From assembly GCA_000165345.1 (NCBI GenBank), contig CM000436.1, forward strand, positions 800,001 through 864,000: a DNA stretch of 64,000 nt, read 5' to 3'. Shown here in pieces: positions 21,087 to 31,353 of this stretch; positions within the stretch are counted from its first letter, which is position 1; each line of letters begins with the position of its first letter. A model generated the notes under the pieces. That model saw nothing but the letters and a program-made list of their open reading frames with translations, was not told the DNA's origin and ran no database searches. The position numbers and the translations under genes were made by a program.

Positions 21087-21455
21087 CTAAGTTTCTCTGT
21101 GCAAAATATTAAAATTGTGAATAACATTTAGAAATTGAGGAATATCATCCGACTGTTTAATCTCGTCATCATAATTCCAATATGTTACTTGGTTAAAAGA
21201 TTTATCAATAATTAAATCCATTTTTTTTTGAGAATTATTTTTAGATAAAATCAATATTGAATGGCTTGATTTACTCAAATGAATTATTCTTCCATTTAAC
21301 TTTCTTCCACGAAAAGATTTACTTAATACTATGTTAGTTACTTTATTACTAACACTTAACTGAGACTGAGTGCTGTTATAAAGTCTATTGAAGGGATTTT
21401 CCTTTGGCAATCTCCCATCAAATAGGATTTGGAATGGAAGGATATTAAATGACAT
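21087..21455 (-). CDS. Hypothetical protein (122 aa)
   Basis: The ORF is uninterrupted between two other genes. No recognisable motif was found. Confidence 0.3.
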   Translation of the reverse strand: MSFNILPFQILFDGRLPKENPFNRLYNSTQSQLSVSNKVTNIVLSKSFRGRKLNGRIIHLSKSSHSILILSKNNSQKKMDLIIDKSFNQVTYWNYDDEIKQSDDIPQFLNVIHNFNILHRET

Positions 21456-21555
21456 TTCCTTATTTTTATGAAGTACTTATTTATGGCGCATGAAGTAAAA
21501 AAAAAAAAAAAAAGAAAATTCTAGAAAAATACGAAAACTCAGTTTTGATTATTTG

Positions 21556-22105
21556 TTACAAAAGCTTATACTCTCCTGTAATTTCATCTATTAATTCTGA
21601 TGGACCTGGACCAATTGCTATCGCTGTGTACTCTCCTGCCGCAATTTGCGTCCTTCCAGCGTCCTTGATTAAACAACTTGTAATATTTTTTTCTTTTGCT
21701 CTCCTTTCAGATTCAAGTAGCTCTTTGAAGCTAACTTTCAAGACAACTTTAGCCTGCCCAGATCTTTCCCAGGCTTCTACCATTTTGGGGTGTCTTTTTA
21801 TCGCTTTTTTATAAGCACCTAGTACTGCGTGCCCACACTGTGAAGCAACTTTTCCTCTACCCATTCCTAAATCTGTTCATAAGCGTGATGACAGTTTAAT
21901 ATTTAACATTTAACTTACCTTGTCTTATGCAAATTGTCATTTTAAAATCGGAATGGTGCCTTAAATTCTCATCTTCAATCTGAATCAACTCGTTTTTTTC
22001 TCTCTTAAATTTTACAAAACTAAATAAAATCACAAAGGAAAATATTGAAATAATAAAAGAATATGAACATTTAATTCCATCACGATATATCTCAATTATA
22101 TTCAT
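21556..22105 (-). CDS. Peptidyl-tRNA hydrolase PTH2 with an N-terminal transmembrane anchor. Two exons: 22105..21919 and 21872..21556, with the intron at 21873..21918.
   Basis: Exon 2 (track ORF 21556..21864) carries the PTH2 core GKVASQCGHAVLGAYKK...IKDAGRTQIAAGEYTAIAIGP. Exon 1 (track ORF 21896..22114) encodes the hydrophobic helix IISIFSFVILFSFV and ends at CAAG|GTAAGT. The 46-nt intron ends in ACAG, and the frame joins ...ICIRQ/DLGMGRGKVA exactly. The first ATG is at 22105; 22114 is TTG. Confidence 0.8.
21873..21918 (-). other. Spliceosomal intron (46 nt) of the PTH2 gene
   Basis: GTAAGTTAAATG...GAACAG joins the track ORFs 21896..22114 and 21556..21864 in frame. Confidence 0.75.
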
Positions 22106-22150
22106 ATTTATCAAAACAAATGAATTCCGCCAACATGATTTTTCATTAAA

Positions 22151-22589
22151 ATGAAGTTAATCAAGAGACGGACTATTTACTTTGAAAATGAAAATATAAA
22201 TGTGATTGTTATTGATTTTGGAGCTTCATTCTATGTATGGGTTGGGAAATTTTCTAACATTGAATTGTTATCTGTATCATTTCCTCTTTCGGTAAGTTGC
22301 AAACGTCAATTTTTTGTGGCTAAACGAAAAATTTCAAGAATAAAAGTATATCCGATGAATTCGCATCCTCATCATTATTAGGAGAGGATGAATTGTGTAC
22401 ATCTATTTCATCGTATTTGTGTAAGTAATTATTTTAAATTTTTGATTTAACTAATTCAATATAGGCAGACAATTGAAAGCACCAATATTACTGAGCATCA
22501 ATACAGGAAATATTGAGATAAGTGATATCAATATTAATGAATTCAAACATTTAATAAATAAAAACATAGTAGATTTGATCATGGAGTAA
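22151..22589 (+). CDS. Proteasome assembly chaperone 3 (PAC3/PSMG3)-like small protein, three exons: 22151..22291, 22339..22420, 22465..22589
   Basis: Exon 1 (track ORF 22151..22381) ends at TCG|GTAAGT, followed by a 47-nt intron. Exon 2 ends at TTTGT|GTAAGT, followed by a 44-nt intron. The frame is continuous to TAA at 22587-22589. The product is MKLIKRRTIYFENENINVIVIDFGASFYVWVGK...SSLLGEDELCTSISSYLCRQLKAPILLSINTG.... ENINVIVIDFG..VWVGK and LLGEDE resemble the PAC3 motifs (VVVTQFGK, LLGQDEP). Confidence 0.4.
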
Positions 22590-22822
22590 TTTTTAATGGT
22601 ACTCTAAGCTAATTAATGTATAGGTGTCTGGCATTTCTACAACTGCTGTTTTATCGCGCCACTGCCCCCACATAATAAAAGCATGTATATACAAGCTTGT
22701 TTGAACAGTAAATTTATCAAGTTTTAACAGGATTGGTGCTTAAATAGCTATAATAGTTGACGCAGCATGCTTTGATTGGGATAATAGAATTATTAATCAT
22801 TTTCTCAATAATCTTTTAAAGT

Positions 22823-25318
22823 ATGGATCGAATTCGAAGTAAAAAAAGAAATTCTTTTAGAGTTGCAGATATATGTTCGTACAATAGAAAATTCGATGAA
22901 TTCATTAAAACTAGAAGTGAAGACGAACTAAATAATATTTTAACCTCCTGTTTATATTCTTCTACTATTGTAAAGAATGTTGAAGGACAGAATTTTATTT
23001 CAAGAGTGATATCAAAGCTAAGTATCGACATACATAATGAATTGGTCAATATTATAAAATCTTTTGTTCCCAAGCTAAGTTCAAGTTTATTAATATGCTA
23101 TGGAAATATTTTATTTATTCTTTGGCTAGACTATAGTAATCAGAGTAATGAAGAAAGAATGCAAAACCTCGAGGAAGCGATACAAAGAACTTTTTGTATT
23201 GGGTCAATTAAGTTGAACCCCTTAATTGCTCTCAGAATGAGGCTAATTTTACACGGTTTTCATAGTAATCGTGATGACTTTCGAGTAAATAAACTATTAT
23301 TAAGGTTATATGATCCATTAATTTGGAGATATATTTCAGTTGCCAATTGGAAAGTTAGGCTCAATACAACTGCTCTACTTGCAATATTATTCCCATTAAT
23401 TGACCCATCACTTTCTGCAGGAAACTATAATTCGGAACTAGATAATCAATTTTCAATATTACAAAACTTACTTGTTGATAACCATTCGGAAGTAAGGGTA
23501 GCAGCCATTCAGTCTGTTTGTCGAATATTAACATTATATTGGGAGATAACTCCAATTGAGAGAATTCATGAAATTTTATCAACGCTTTCACTAAGATGTA
23601 TTGAAGACAAGCATTCAATTACTGCCAGAGTCGCAGTGGTAAATGGAATTAATGCTATTATAAATAACCCATTATCGCAAAAAATAATAAATGGCTATTT
23701 GCCAAAAATATTTACGTATCTACATGATTTGGATGTTGAAGTAAGGTATTCTGTTGCTTTACTCATTCTCAAAATTTCTAGAATTCAAGGGTTCGATTAC
23801 TCAAAAATTATTTCAAAAAAACAAATTCTTTCAAGGATTTCTAAGGAGTTCATAATTTATCAGCTTAAACAGTCTACGTACTTTTTGAAAAATGGAAATT
23901 TGTACAAACATTCTGAAATAATAATAGACGAAATTTTTGCCAGCGATCAGGAATCTGTATGCGAATCTTTAAAAGTTGCAAGGGTACTTGCAGAGTTGTT
24001 AAACCCTTCAATATTTAACGAAAAGACAAGGGAGCAACTCAAAAACTGTTATTTTTTTTGCGACCTTTGCCCAATAGGGATGGTTGGATATTTTTGTAGC
24101 TTAAAAATTTTGGTAGATGAGACTATTGGAAGAAATATAGAAAATTCTGATCTTTTACGTTTAGCAGTACTTTTGCTCACAACAACAATAGAAAATTACC
24201 AAAAAGATAAAATTACATACAATAAGGCAAAGATTCTGTTGGCATCAAGCAAGGAAATCTTATCAATTTTATTCTCAAACGACTCATCTTTAGTAGATTC
24301 AAACAAAGATTACTACTTGATTCTGAAGTCTAGCGATAAAATAGCAACAAACACCATCCAAATCGCTATTAAATATTTTACAAATACGTGCAATGATGAT
24401 TTTTTGTTAAAAATTGATCCAAACGACAGAATTTGGATAAGTGTACTGCAGTTATTGCAACACCAAACTGTATTGAGATCGAGCTATTATCCAAAATTCT
24501 CAAAAAAAATAATATCAGAATTTTGGAACAATTCTTTATTGGCTTTTAGAAACAAATTAGACGAAAAGGATGCGAGAATACGTTTGGGTGCAATAATTTT
24601 GTTATCAAAGAATTGGGGATTACTAGAAAGTATTGTTCCAATATTGATAGATAGCGCTTGCAATATAATTTCAAATGAATTATCGGCAGATCATGAATTT
24701 AACACAAATTTTGATACCGAGCTTGGCCCCAATGAGTCTGGAGCTTTGTGTATTAACATGCTTTTAAACATATTGGAGTACAATGAAGTAAGGGAATATC
24801 TTTCGAGCAATTTTTCAATACTTAAATACTTAGAAAGTCTAACGAAAAGCATTTTTAATGTTCATTTTTATAAAACTTCACATATATTAGAATGGGATTT
24901 GATGCAGCTAACAAAGAAACTGCTGATATTCTCTTTGACAGTAATTAAGGGCAAGAAATCTTTCTATGAGTTTATTCTAATAATCATTCAAGAAATTGAT
25001 TTCATAAAAAATGATAATAACTGTTCAATTGATAAATTTCTTTTACTGTTCGAGATGCTTGGAATAATACTTTCCATTCCGGATAGTAGTCTTTCTAATG
25101 AAAAAAGAATTATCGAAGAAGTATTGAAGGCATTGGAAAATTTGTCAATCATAATAACTATTTTGGAAAAGAAAGATCAAAGCAATGCATTCAAAATCCA
25201 AGTTAAACAACGAATAAATACATGTTTATCTGCGCTAAAGCAAATTTTAGGAAGCTCACATTTTGAATCGGACACTTATGTAAAAGAAATAAGATCAGGA
25301 TTAGGTAGATTTTCATAA
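22823..25318 (+). CDS. HEAT/ARM-repeat protein, function unknown
   Basis: The 831-aa ORF has a repeating amphipathic helical pattern (e.g. ...NHSEVRVAAIQSVCRIL..., ...LDVEVRYSVALLILKIS...) and no catalytic motifs. Confidence 0.45.
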   Translation: MDRIRSKKRNSFRVADICSYNRKFDEFIKTRSEDELNNILTSCLYSSTIVKNVEGQNFISRVISKLSIDIHNELVNIIKSFVPKLSSSLLICYGNILFILWLDYSNQSNEERMQNLEEAIQRTFCIGSIKLNPLIALRMRLILHGFHSNRDDFRVNKLLLRLYDPLIWRYISVANWKVRLNTTALLAILFPLIDPSLSAGNYNSELDNQFSILQNLLVDNHSEVRVAAIQSVCRILTLYWEITPIERIHEILSTLSLRCIEDKHSITARVAVVNGINAIINNPLSQKIINGYLPKIFTYLHDLDVEVRYSVALLILKISRIQGFDYSKIISKKQILSRISKEFIIYQLKQSTYFLKNGNLYKHSEIIIDEIFASDQESVCESLKVARVLAELLNPSIFNEKTREQLKNCYFFCDLCPIGMVGYFCSLKILVDETIGRNIENSDLLRLAVLLLTTTIENYQKDKITYNKAKILLASSKEILSILFSNDSSLVDSNKDYYLILKSSDKIATNTIQIAIKYFTNTCNDDFLLKIDPNDRIWISVLQLLQHQTVLRSSYYPKFSKKIISEFWNNSLLAFRNKLDEKDARIRLGAIILLSKNWGLLESIVPILIDSACNIISNELSADHEFNTNFDTELGPNESGALCINMLLNILEYNEVREYLSSNFSILKYLESLTKSIFNVHFYKTSHILEWDLMQLTKKLLIFSLTVIKGKKSFYEFILIIIQEIDFIKNDNNCSIDKFLLLFEMLGIILSIPDSSLSNEKRIIEEVLKALENLSIIITILEKKDQSNAFKIQVKQRINTCLSALKQILGSSHFESDTYVKEIRSGLGRFS

Positions 25319-25441
25319 ATTAGTAAATAAAAAGCCACCTTTAGCAGTAGGTTTTTGATATTGAAAATTATTTAGTTAATCTAGGATAAGTGGCCGCCAT
25401 AAGAACACTTTGCTTGCGAGCTTGAGATTTCTGTTTGAGAA

Positions 25442-26635
25442 TTGATAATGCGTTTAATAGCAGCCCATATTTTATCGTTTTATCTGACGGTTTTAGAACT
25501 TATTGGAGACGGAAATGTCATTTTTATATTCAAATCATTACAAAGAAATGGATTCCGTCCAGATTTACGTTTAAATGGGCTTCCAACAACCAATGAATTG
25601 TTTCAAGATGCACAAATTTTACAAGAAAAAATGGAAAAAATTAGACTTATGAATTCAATTCGCATTTTTGCACTTGATTTATCTCAGAACTGTATTTTTG
25701 AAGAAAACAAAAGAAACTCATGTGGTGACACGGGAAAGTGTCAGGTAATGGGAAATGAAAGCGACTTGTCTTCAACTCTATTTGGAATTGATAAAGCCAA
25801 TGACATAAATATTGCTGATAATGGGAATTGTAATGAGAAAAAAACGAAGGTAGACATGCTTAAAAACCCACCATCAAACACACAGTATAAAGGTGGCGAA
25901 GTTTGGCGTCACATATATTATGAAATAGAAAAAGTTGATTTTCCTTTACTTAAAAAATTAATATCAGGAGTCCAGAGTAATATTGCTATTCATGCATCTG
26001 AAAGATATAGAAAGATTCGTGACGATGATTATGATTATAGTTTGTTAAATTTCATTAACAAATTTGTATTATTTGAAGATCGAGGAGTAAATCTTTTAGT
26101 TACGTTTCATTATATTGTTCAATCAATTTGTATATTGGGTCCATCATTTGATAAGTTTATGAAAGACTTAGATAACTCGGCTGAAAACACTAAATTAAAA
26201 GAAGAAGTTAAGGATATTTTCAACAAAAGTCATTATTATTCATGCAGACCAGAATACAAGAGAAATATTATTCCTCCTCAGTTTCTTCCAAAACTAGAAA
26301 AATTTTTCAAAACTTTTATTTCTACATTAGGCTGCGTTGAATGCGAAAAGTGTATATTACATGGCACAATTAAAGGCAATACACTCGATTTAACAGTCAA
26401 AGCTTTGGGAGGCTCAAAAAATATTATATTAAACCCCACATATTTTGTAACATATTTAAATGGACTTTACATATTTTCATCCTCAATCACAATAATTGAT
26501 TTGTTCACTTTTAGAGTGAGGATATTCTTGGCTTTCTCATTATTTATTGCAATTGTTTTCTTCTTCTGTTTGAAGCGTAGGGTCAGTTCTTATTTAAATA
26601 AGAGAAGAGAAATTACTCACAAGAAAAAAGAATGA
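25442..26635 (+). CDS. ERO1-like endoplasmic oxidoreductin
   Basis: A CxxCxxC active-site region (LGCVECEKCILHGTIKGNTL) matches the ERO1 motif C-V-G-C-x-K-C-R-L-W-G-K. There is an N-terminal hydrophobic leader and a regulatory Cys pair (CGDTGKC). The C-terminal tail is hydrophobic. The start is uncertain because the track start is TTG. Confidence 0.5.
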   Translation: MIMRLIAAHILSFYLTVLELIGDGNVIFIFKSLQRNGFRPDLRLNGLPTTNELFQDAQILQEKMEKIRLMNSIRIFALDLSQNCIFEENKRNSCGDTGKCQVMGNESDLSSTLFGIDKANDINIADNGNCNEKKTKVDMLKNPPSNTQYKGGEVWRHIYYEIEKVDFPLLKKLISGVQSNIAIHASERYRKIRDDDYDYSLLNFINKFVLFEDRGVNLLVTFHYIVQSICILGPSFDKFMKDLDNSAENTKLKEEVKDIFNKSHYYSCRPEYKRNIIPPQFLPKLEKFFKTFISTLGCVECEKCILHGTIKGNTLDLTVKALGGSKNIILNPTYFVTYLNGLYIFSSSITIIDLFTFRVRIFLAFSLFIAIVFFFCLKRRVSSYLNKRREITHKKKE

Positions 26636-26662
26636 TCGAAAAATAGTTAGCATTTATATCTA

Positions 26663-27346
26663 CTATTTTATACACAATGCAACAATAGCTATTTTGCCAT
26701 TTATTCCTATTGGCAAAATAAAATTTTCTTTTATGATTTTTAGTGTGTTTTTAAGAAATTCATCACTTTTGCATACTCCGTGGCTAATTGGACAGGGAAG
26801 CCTTCCATCTAATTCTATTATATGCCCATGATTATTTACAAAAGATACATAATGGAACTCTGATTGATCACAGTCCTTAGTTAGATCTCTTGATGATAAT
26901 TCTTCGTGTAGATACTCAATATTCTTGTCATTTATTAAATAAAACCCTCTTTCTTCGGGTAGATCATTTGGATCACCTTTTAAATTCAATAACATTTTAG
27001 CGATGCTTTCTTCTTCAAGTTCTATTTTATCATTATTCAAAATTGAATGTAAAAGCGCAACTGCACTGCAAGAATTCGTAATGTATTGTTTCATGAACCA
27101 AACGCTCTGGGAGATATTCATTTCACATCCTAATTTATTTCTCTTTTTGCAAATTTTTTCATCATTAATTGGTACTAAAGCTATTAAAGAAATTGGATTT
27201 ATACCACAAAAATAAAATTCAGTCTCTTCTGTTGTGTAAATATCAATAAAGCTAATTTTAGATTTAACACCTAATCCAACGGAATACTCTTCAAGTAATT
27301 TTGGATCAGAAATAAGAGGTTTCCATATTTTGTTTTTTTTGTTCAT
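26663..27346 (-). CDS. Ubiquitin C-terminal hydrolase, UCH (peptidase C12) family
   Basis: The N-terminus reads WKPLISDPKLLEEY. The catalytic Cys context QYITNSCSAVALLHSI resembles NACGTIALLH of UCH-L3/L1. The catalytic His region is in the C-terminal half. The first ATG is at 27346; the track start at 27364 is GTG. Confidence 0.7.
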   Translation of the reverse strand: MNKKNKIWKPLISDPKLLEEYSVGLGVKSKISFIDIYTTEETEFYFCGINPISLIALVPINDEKICKKRNKLGCEMNISQSVWFMKQYITNSCSAVALLHSILNNDKIELEEESIAKMLLNLKGDPNDLPEERGFYLINDKNIEYLHEELSSRDLTKDCDQSEFHYVSFVNNHGHIIELDGRLPCPISHGVCKSDEFLKNTLKIIKENFILPIGINGKIAIVALCIK

Positions 27347-27429
27347 AAATCTGAATTTTTTCACAGCTGGCGGAAAACTTTGGAAAATTTTTCATTTCAG
27401 CAGAAATGATAATATAAAAATAATAGTTC

Positions 27430-30183
27430 ATGATGAAAGCATTTAATGAACAAAATAAAGAGGAATTTAAAAACCCTCTAACACATTTTGGAAAAGATGA
27501 CAAAATTCATAGCATGCTGTTTGGGCGTTTAACACTGGAGCAAAAGAAGGCAGTATTTACCAACCATGAAAGTTCATTGCTAATTGTTGCAGGTCCAGGG
27601 ACTGGAAAGACTGCAACATTAACATCTAGAATTGTTCGTTTTTTATTGAGTGGATATTCACCAATACTTGCACTAACATTTACTAAGAAGGCAGCAAATG
27701 AACTTAAAAGTAGAGTTTCAATTGTTTACTCATCTTCTTCAAAGATTATTTATTCTAAGTCAAAACAAATAAAGAATGATTTAAGAAATGAAAAGGGTTT
27801 TTCAGATTTTGTTCCGACTCCAGAAATATTTATCGGAACTATTCACTCATTTTGTTGGAAGCTTCTCAAAGAATATGGATCTTTCATCGGCTTACCAAAA
27901 GATATTGCGATAATTGATAAGGAATTGGCAATTAAATTGCTGAAGTCTTGTTTATCTGAAAATTTAAGTAAAGTAACATCTCAATTATCAAATTATTCTT
28001 CACTTATTTTTGATCCAGTCAATTTCGATGAAATCGAGAGAGACGATTTTGATGATGATAACATTTATGATCAAACTCACGATATTAAGGCTGAAAATGA
28101 ACAATGTAGAAATTTATATAATGTAAACAATATAAAAAAAGAAACAGGCATTGACCAAACTACAAAAAATAACGAGTTTGAAAAAGTATTTAAAATTATT
28201 AAACTGATGAAAATAAAAAAATTTTTAAATAAAAGTGAATGCACAATAGATGATGTTAATGGAAATCATGAATTACTAGGAATTTACTACTTATATACCA
28301 AAAAGATGGTGACTCATAAACCTTATTTAGTAGATTACACAGATTTGATTACACTTGCATTAAATTTATTAGAAAATAATATTAATATAAGGGAAAAAAT
28401 TCAAGATTCGTACCCTTATATATTTTGTGATGAGTTTCAAGATACATCTAAATTACAGTTTAAAATACTTGAATTGTTAACTAAAAGCATAATTAATAAA
28501 AAAAGAAAATTTGAAGCTGAGAAATTCACTAGAGATCAAAATCTAAGGAGAGGAGGAATTACTGTGGTTGGTGATGATGATCAAGCAATTTATAGCTGGA
28601 GAGGCGTCGAAACTGGAGTGTTTTCTCGGTTTTCTTCTATGTTTAAAGATAACATTAATTTAATTTATCTCAGCACAAATTTTAGGTCGACTAAATCTAT
28701 AATTCAAGTTTCAAACAACCTTGTAAAAAAAAATAAATTTAGAATATCAAAATTATTAATCAGTAATAATGATTTTGGTGTAGAACCAGTAGTTTATTAT
28801 TTTCCAAAGCAAATTGATGAAATGCATTGGATTGCATCCACAATACTGCTTTTAAAAATGAAGTTTAACTATTCGTGGAGTGAATTCGCTATTTTGGCAA
28901 GAACAAATGATACTCTTTTTTATGTTGAAAAATTATTAAGTGATAAAAAGTTTTTAATCAGTTGTTTGGAAATGCTCCAAGATACTGAGAATATAAACAA
29001 TGAACGAGGCTGGTTTAAGATGATCTCTAATGATTTATTAGATTTTGATATTGACCAATTGAGTCGATACAAATCTGCTGAAATTACTTTTCCTCTCGAA
29101 AATACATCTAGAAATAATCCAAAATTTGCATCTGACTTGCTGTACAGAGCGGAGATATTAGATATTTTATCTTACTGCAGACTGATGATTGATGAAACTG
29201 CAGATGATTGCTTTTTGAGAATTTGCAATCGCCCAAAAAGAGGTATTGGCGATAATGCTATAAAGTTAATAGAAGAATATGGTGCTAAAGGAATCTCGTT
29301 AATGAGGAAATCTACCCAGCCCTTGAACGGAATTTGTGAATTAGACACTTCTGTTTATGGAAATACAACAAACGTATATACATCAATAGTGAGCGTATGC
29401 AGAATGTTAGTATCAAGTAAATTTGAAACAAAATCTAAAATTAATTATAAGTTGCATAAAAAGAGCATAAATTCTATTAAAGCATTCTTAGATTTCTTAG
29501 ATGATTTAAAACAATTCATTAAGAATAAGGTCTCAGTATCAGAAATAATTAATTTAATAGTGAAGAAAATGAATCTTGATAATCAAAATGAAATAATGGT
29601 GAAACAATCTAAAAACAAGAGGTTACTTCAATCTAATTTAGTTGATAACATTAATTCTAATACAGAAGATTCTGAAAAAATAAATTCAAGAAAATTGAGC
29701 ACTTTAAGTTCTATCTCTACCCTTTTAAAGTATTCAGAACCTTACACACCAAACGATGAACAACCTACTGGGTATGAATGCTTACTCTGCTTTCTGCAAG
29801 ATGCATCTAATGGTTTATTACAAATAAAAAAAGGAGAAAAAATATCTTTATCAACTATTCACAGAGCAAAGGGACTTGAATGGAAAGTTGTTTTTATCCC
29901 TAAATTCGTTGACAAAGTATTCCCTTTATATAGAGAATCAGAAAATTTGGAGATAAAGAACGAGTTCGATGAAATCACTATAGAAGAAGAAAGAAGAATT
30001 GTTTATGTGGCATTTACAAGAGCAAAAGAACGACTTTTTGTTAGCGTTCCATTAAATGTTGGAAAACCTTCACCATTTATACAGGACGCAAATCTTTCCA
30101 GTTATAATATAAATTCAAAGGAAAGGGAATTAATTAAACAATTTCCGAGAATAGTAACTGGGAAAAATTGGATAAAAAGTTAG
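27430..30183 (+). CDS. UvrD/Rep/Srs2-type superfamily-1 DNA helicase
   Basis: The seven SF1 motifs are all present: AGPGTGKT (I), LALTFTKKAANELKSR (Ia), YIFCDEFQDTS (II), ITVVGDDDQAIYSWRGV (III), STNFRST (IV), STIHRAKGLEWKVVFIP (V) and RIVYVAFTRAKERL (VI). Confidence 0.85.
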   Translation: MMKAFNEQNKEEFKNPLTHFGKDDKIHSMLFGRLTLEQKKAVFTNHESSLLIVAGPGTGKTATLTSRIVRFLLSGYSPILALTFTKKAANELKSRVSIVYSSSSKIIYSKSKQIKNDLRNEKGFSDFVPTPEIFIGTIHSFCWKLLKEYGSFIGLPKDIAIIDKELAIKLLKSCLSENLSKVTSQLSNYSSLIFDPVNFDEIERDDFDDDNIYDQTHDIKAENEQCRNLYNVNNIKKETGIDQTTKNNEFEKVFKIIKLMKIKKFLNKSECTIDDVNGNHELLGIYYLYTKKMVTHKPYLVDYTDLITLALNLLENNINIREKIQDSYPYIFCDEFQDTSKLQFKILELLTKSIINKKRKFEAEKFTRDQNLRRGGITVVGDDDQAIYSWRGVETGVFSRFSSMFKDNINLIYLSTNFRSTKSIIQVSNNLVKKNKFRISKLLISNNDFGVEPVVYYFPKQIDEMHWIASTILLLKMKFNYSWSEFAILARTNDTLFYVEKLLSDKKFLISCLEMLQDTENINNERGWFKMISNDLLDFDIDQLSRYKSAEITFPLENTSRNNPKFASDLLYRAEILDILSYCRLMIDETADDCFLRICNRPKRGIGDNAIKLIEEYGAKGISLMRKSTQPLNGICELDTSVYGNTTNVYTSIVSVCRMLVSSKFETKSKINYKLHKKSINSIKAFLDFLDDLKQFIKNKVSVSEIINLIVKKMNLDNQNEIMVKQSKNKRLLQSNLVDNINSNTEDSEKINSRKLSTLSSISTLLKYSEPYTPNDEQPTGYECLLCFLQDASNGLLQIKKGEKISLSTIHRAKGLEWKVVFIPKFVDKVFPLYRESENLEIKNEFDEITIEEERRIVYVAFTRAKERLFVSVPLNVGKPSPFIQDANLSSYNINSKERELIKQFPRIVTGKNWIKS

Positions 30184-30195
30184 GGTAATTAAAAC

Positions 30196-31353
30196 TCAAC
30201 ATTCAGCACCATTTTCAATCAAAGCTTCCTCTAACTTAGAAGATAATGGAGGGTTTCTAGATAATTGTTGTAAGCATTTATTTATACTAAAATCTTCAAA
30301 TTCTTCAATGCCATCCGGGGATTTTCTGACAATGTAGAAACATTTGCTACATAAATCATCCTTGTTTGTAGAATTTTCGTGGATCCTAATACAGATTGAA
30401 TCTATTCCTTTGGTTTTCTTTTCACGTTTTGGGTGATACTCCAAGATTGAAAGAAGTACTTTATATGTTAAGCTTTCTTTTTCAAATACGGTATTAACTT
30501 CAGATTGCTCTAAAACTTCTTTAATACATCGCCTTAGATGTTCTATTGATGCAAATGTTTGCCCACCTACAACTATTGGCATTGACATAAATGCCATTTT
30601 TTGTTTATTAAGTTCTTTTTCTCTTTCTTTTTGTATATGTCTTGGAAAGACTGAATTTATTATTTTTCTTGCTTCATCTTGACTAGCAAGTGAAATAGAA
30701 ATATTTTCTTCACCAAATGCCAATTCCATATTCTCAATAAGCGATTTATCATTCTTAAATGGCTTAAGCAAAATATAACATGTACCATCTTGAGTTGTTT
30801 GTGATACATATCTTATTAAATTTTGGCTTTCCGGCTGCAATTCTTTAAGTTTCTCTTTTATAGAATCTTTAACAGAAGACCAAGATGCAGTTTCAGGCAA
30901 ATTTATAATTTTTAAAATACAGCCACCAGCGTGAAGATCTTTACTATTAATTAAATTCTTTTCTTTTGTTTTTTTCTTTGACTCTAAATCGGGTAAATTT
31001 TTATTTAATTTTATCATCGCTTTTCCTTCCTGGTTAAACTCAATCAAGATCACTTCATGACCTTTAAGCGCATCAATAATTTCCTCTTCTTTAGTAATAC
31101 CTAGATTCTTGATTTTTGAACAATTCAAAAGGTAAGAAACAAGTAAACGATTCTCAGGGTCTGAACGCATTATATTCTGGAAGAACGAGTCCGTTTTAAG
31201 ATTTTCATCTGAAAAATAGTACTCTAGTTGTTTAATCAACGAAAATCTAGTCTCTTTTCCAATTACAATTGAATCGGCTTTAATTCTTTTAGGCTCGCAG
31301 TTTCCTCCTATAGGAGAGGGCGATCGTGAGCGAATTTTCTTGATTTCGGTCAT
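30196..31353 (-). CDS. La-motif RNA-binding protein (La/LARP)
   Basis: The La motif reads IKQLEYYFSDENLKTDSFFQNIMRSDPENRLLVSYLLNCSKIKNLGI, and an RRM-like region follows. The probable start is MTEIKK at 31353. The track N-terminus MLLRAIAKKKKK comes from translating a poly-T tract and was discarded. Confidence 0.7.
   Translation of the reverse strand: MTEIKKIRSRSPSPIGGNCEPKRIKADSIVIGKETRFSLIKQLEYYFSDENLKTDSFFQNIMRSDPENRLLVSYLLNCSKIKNLGITKEEEIIDALKGHEVILIEFNQEGKAMIKLNKNLPDLESKKKTKEKNLINSKDLHAGGCILKIINLPETASWSSVKDSIKEKLKELQPESQNLIRYVSQTTQDGTCYILLKPFKNDKSLIENMELAFGEENISISLASQDEARKIINSVFPRHIQKEREKELNKQKMAFMSMPIVVGGQTFASIEHLRRCIKEVLEQSEVNTVFEKESLTYKVLLSILEYHPKREKKTKGIDSICIRIHENSTNKDDLCSKCFYIVRKSPDGIEEFEDFSINKCLQQLSRNPPLSSKLEEALIENGAEC

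Noticed and set aside
21087-21455. Rpp29/POP4-like RNase P subunit call for the 122-aa protein
   Set aside because: There is only a vague resemblance (LNGRIIHLSKSSHSILI versus the Rpp29 hGxxVxVxxSxnxSLVGxxG pattern). This is not enough to name it, so it stays hypothetical.
21896-22114. 72-aa ORF as an independent small membrane protein
   Set aside because: It ends exactly at a GTAAGT donor and fuses in frame to the PTH2 catalytic ORF, so it is exon 1 of PTH2.
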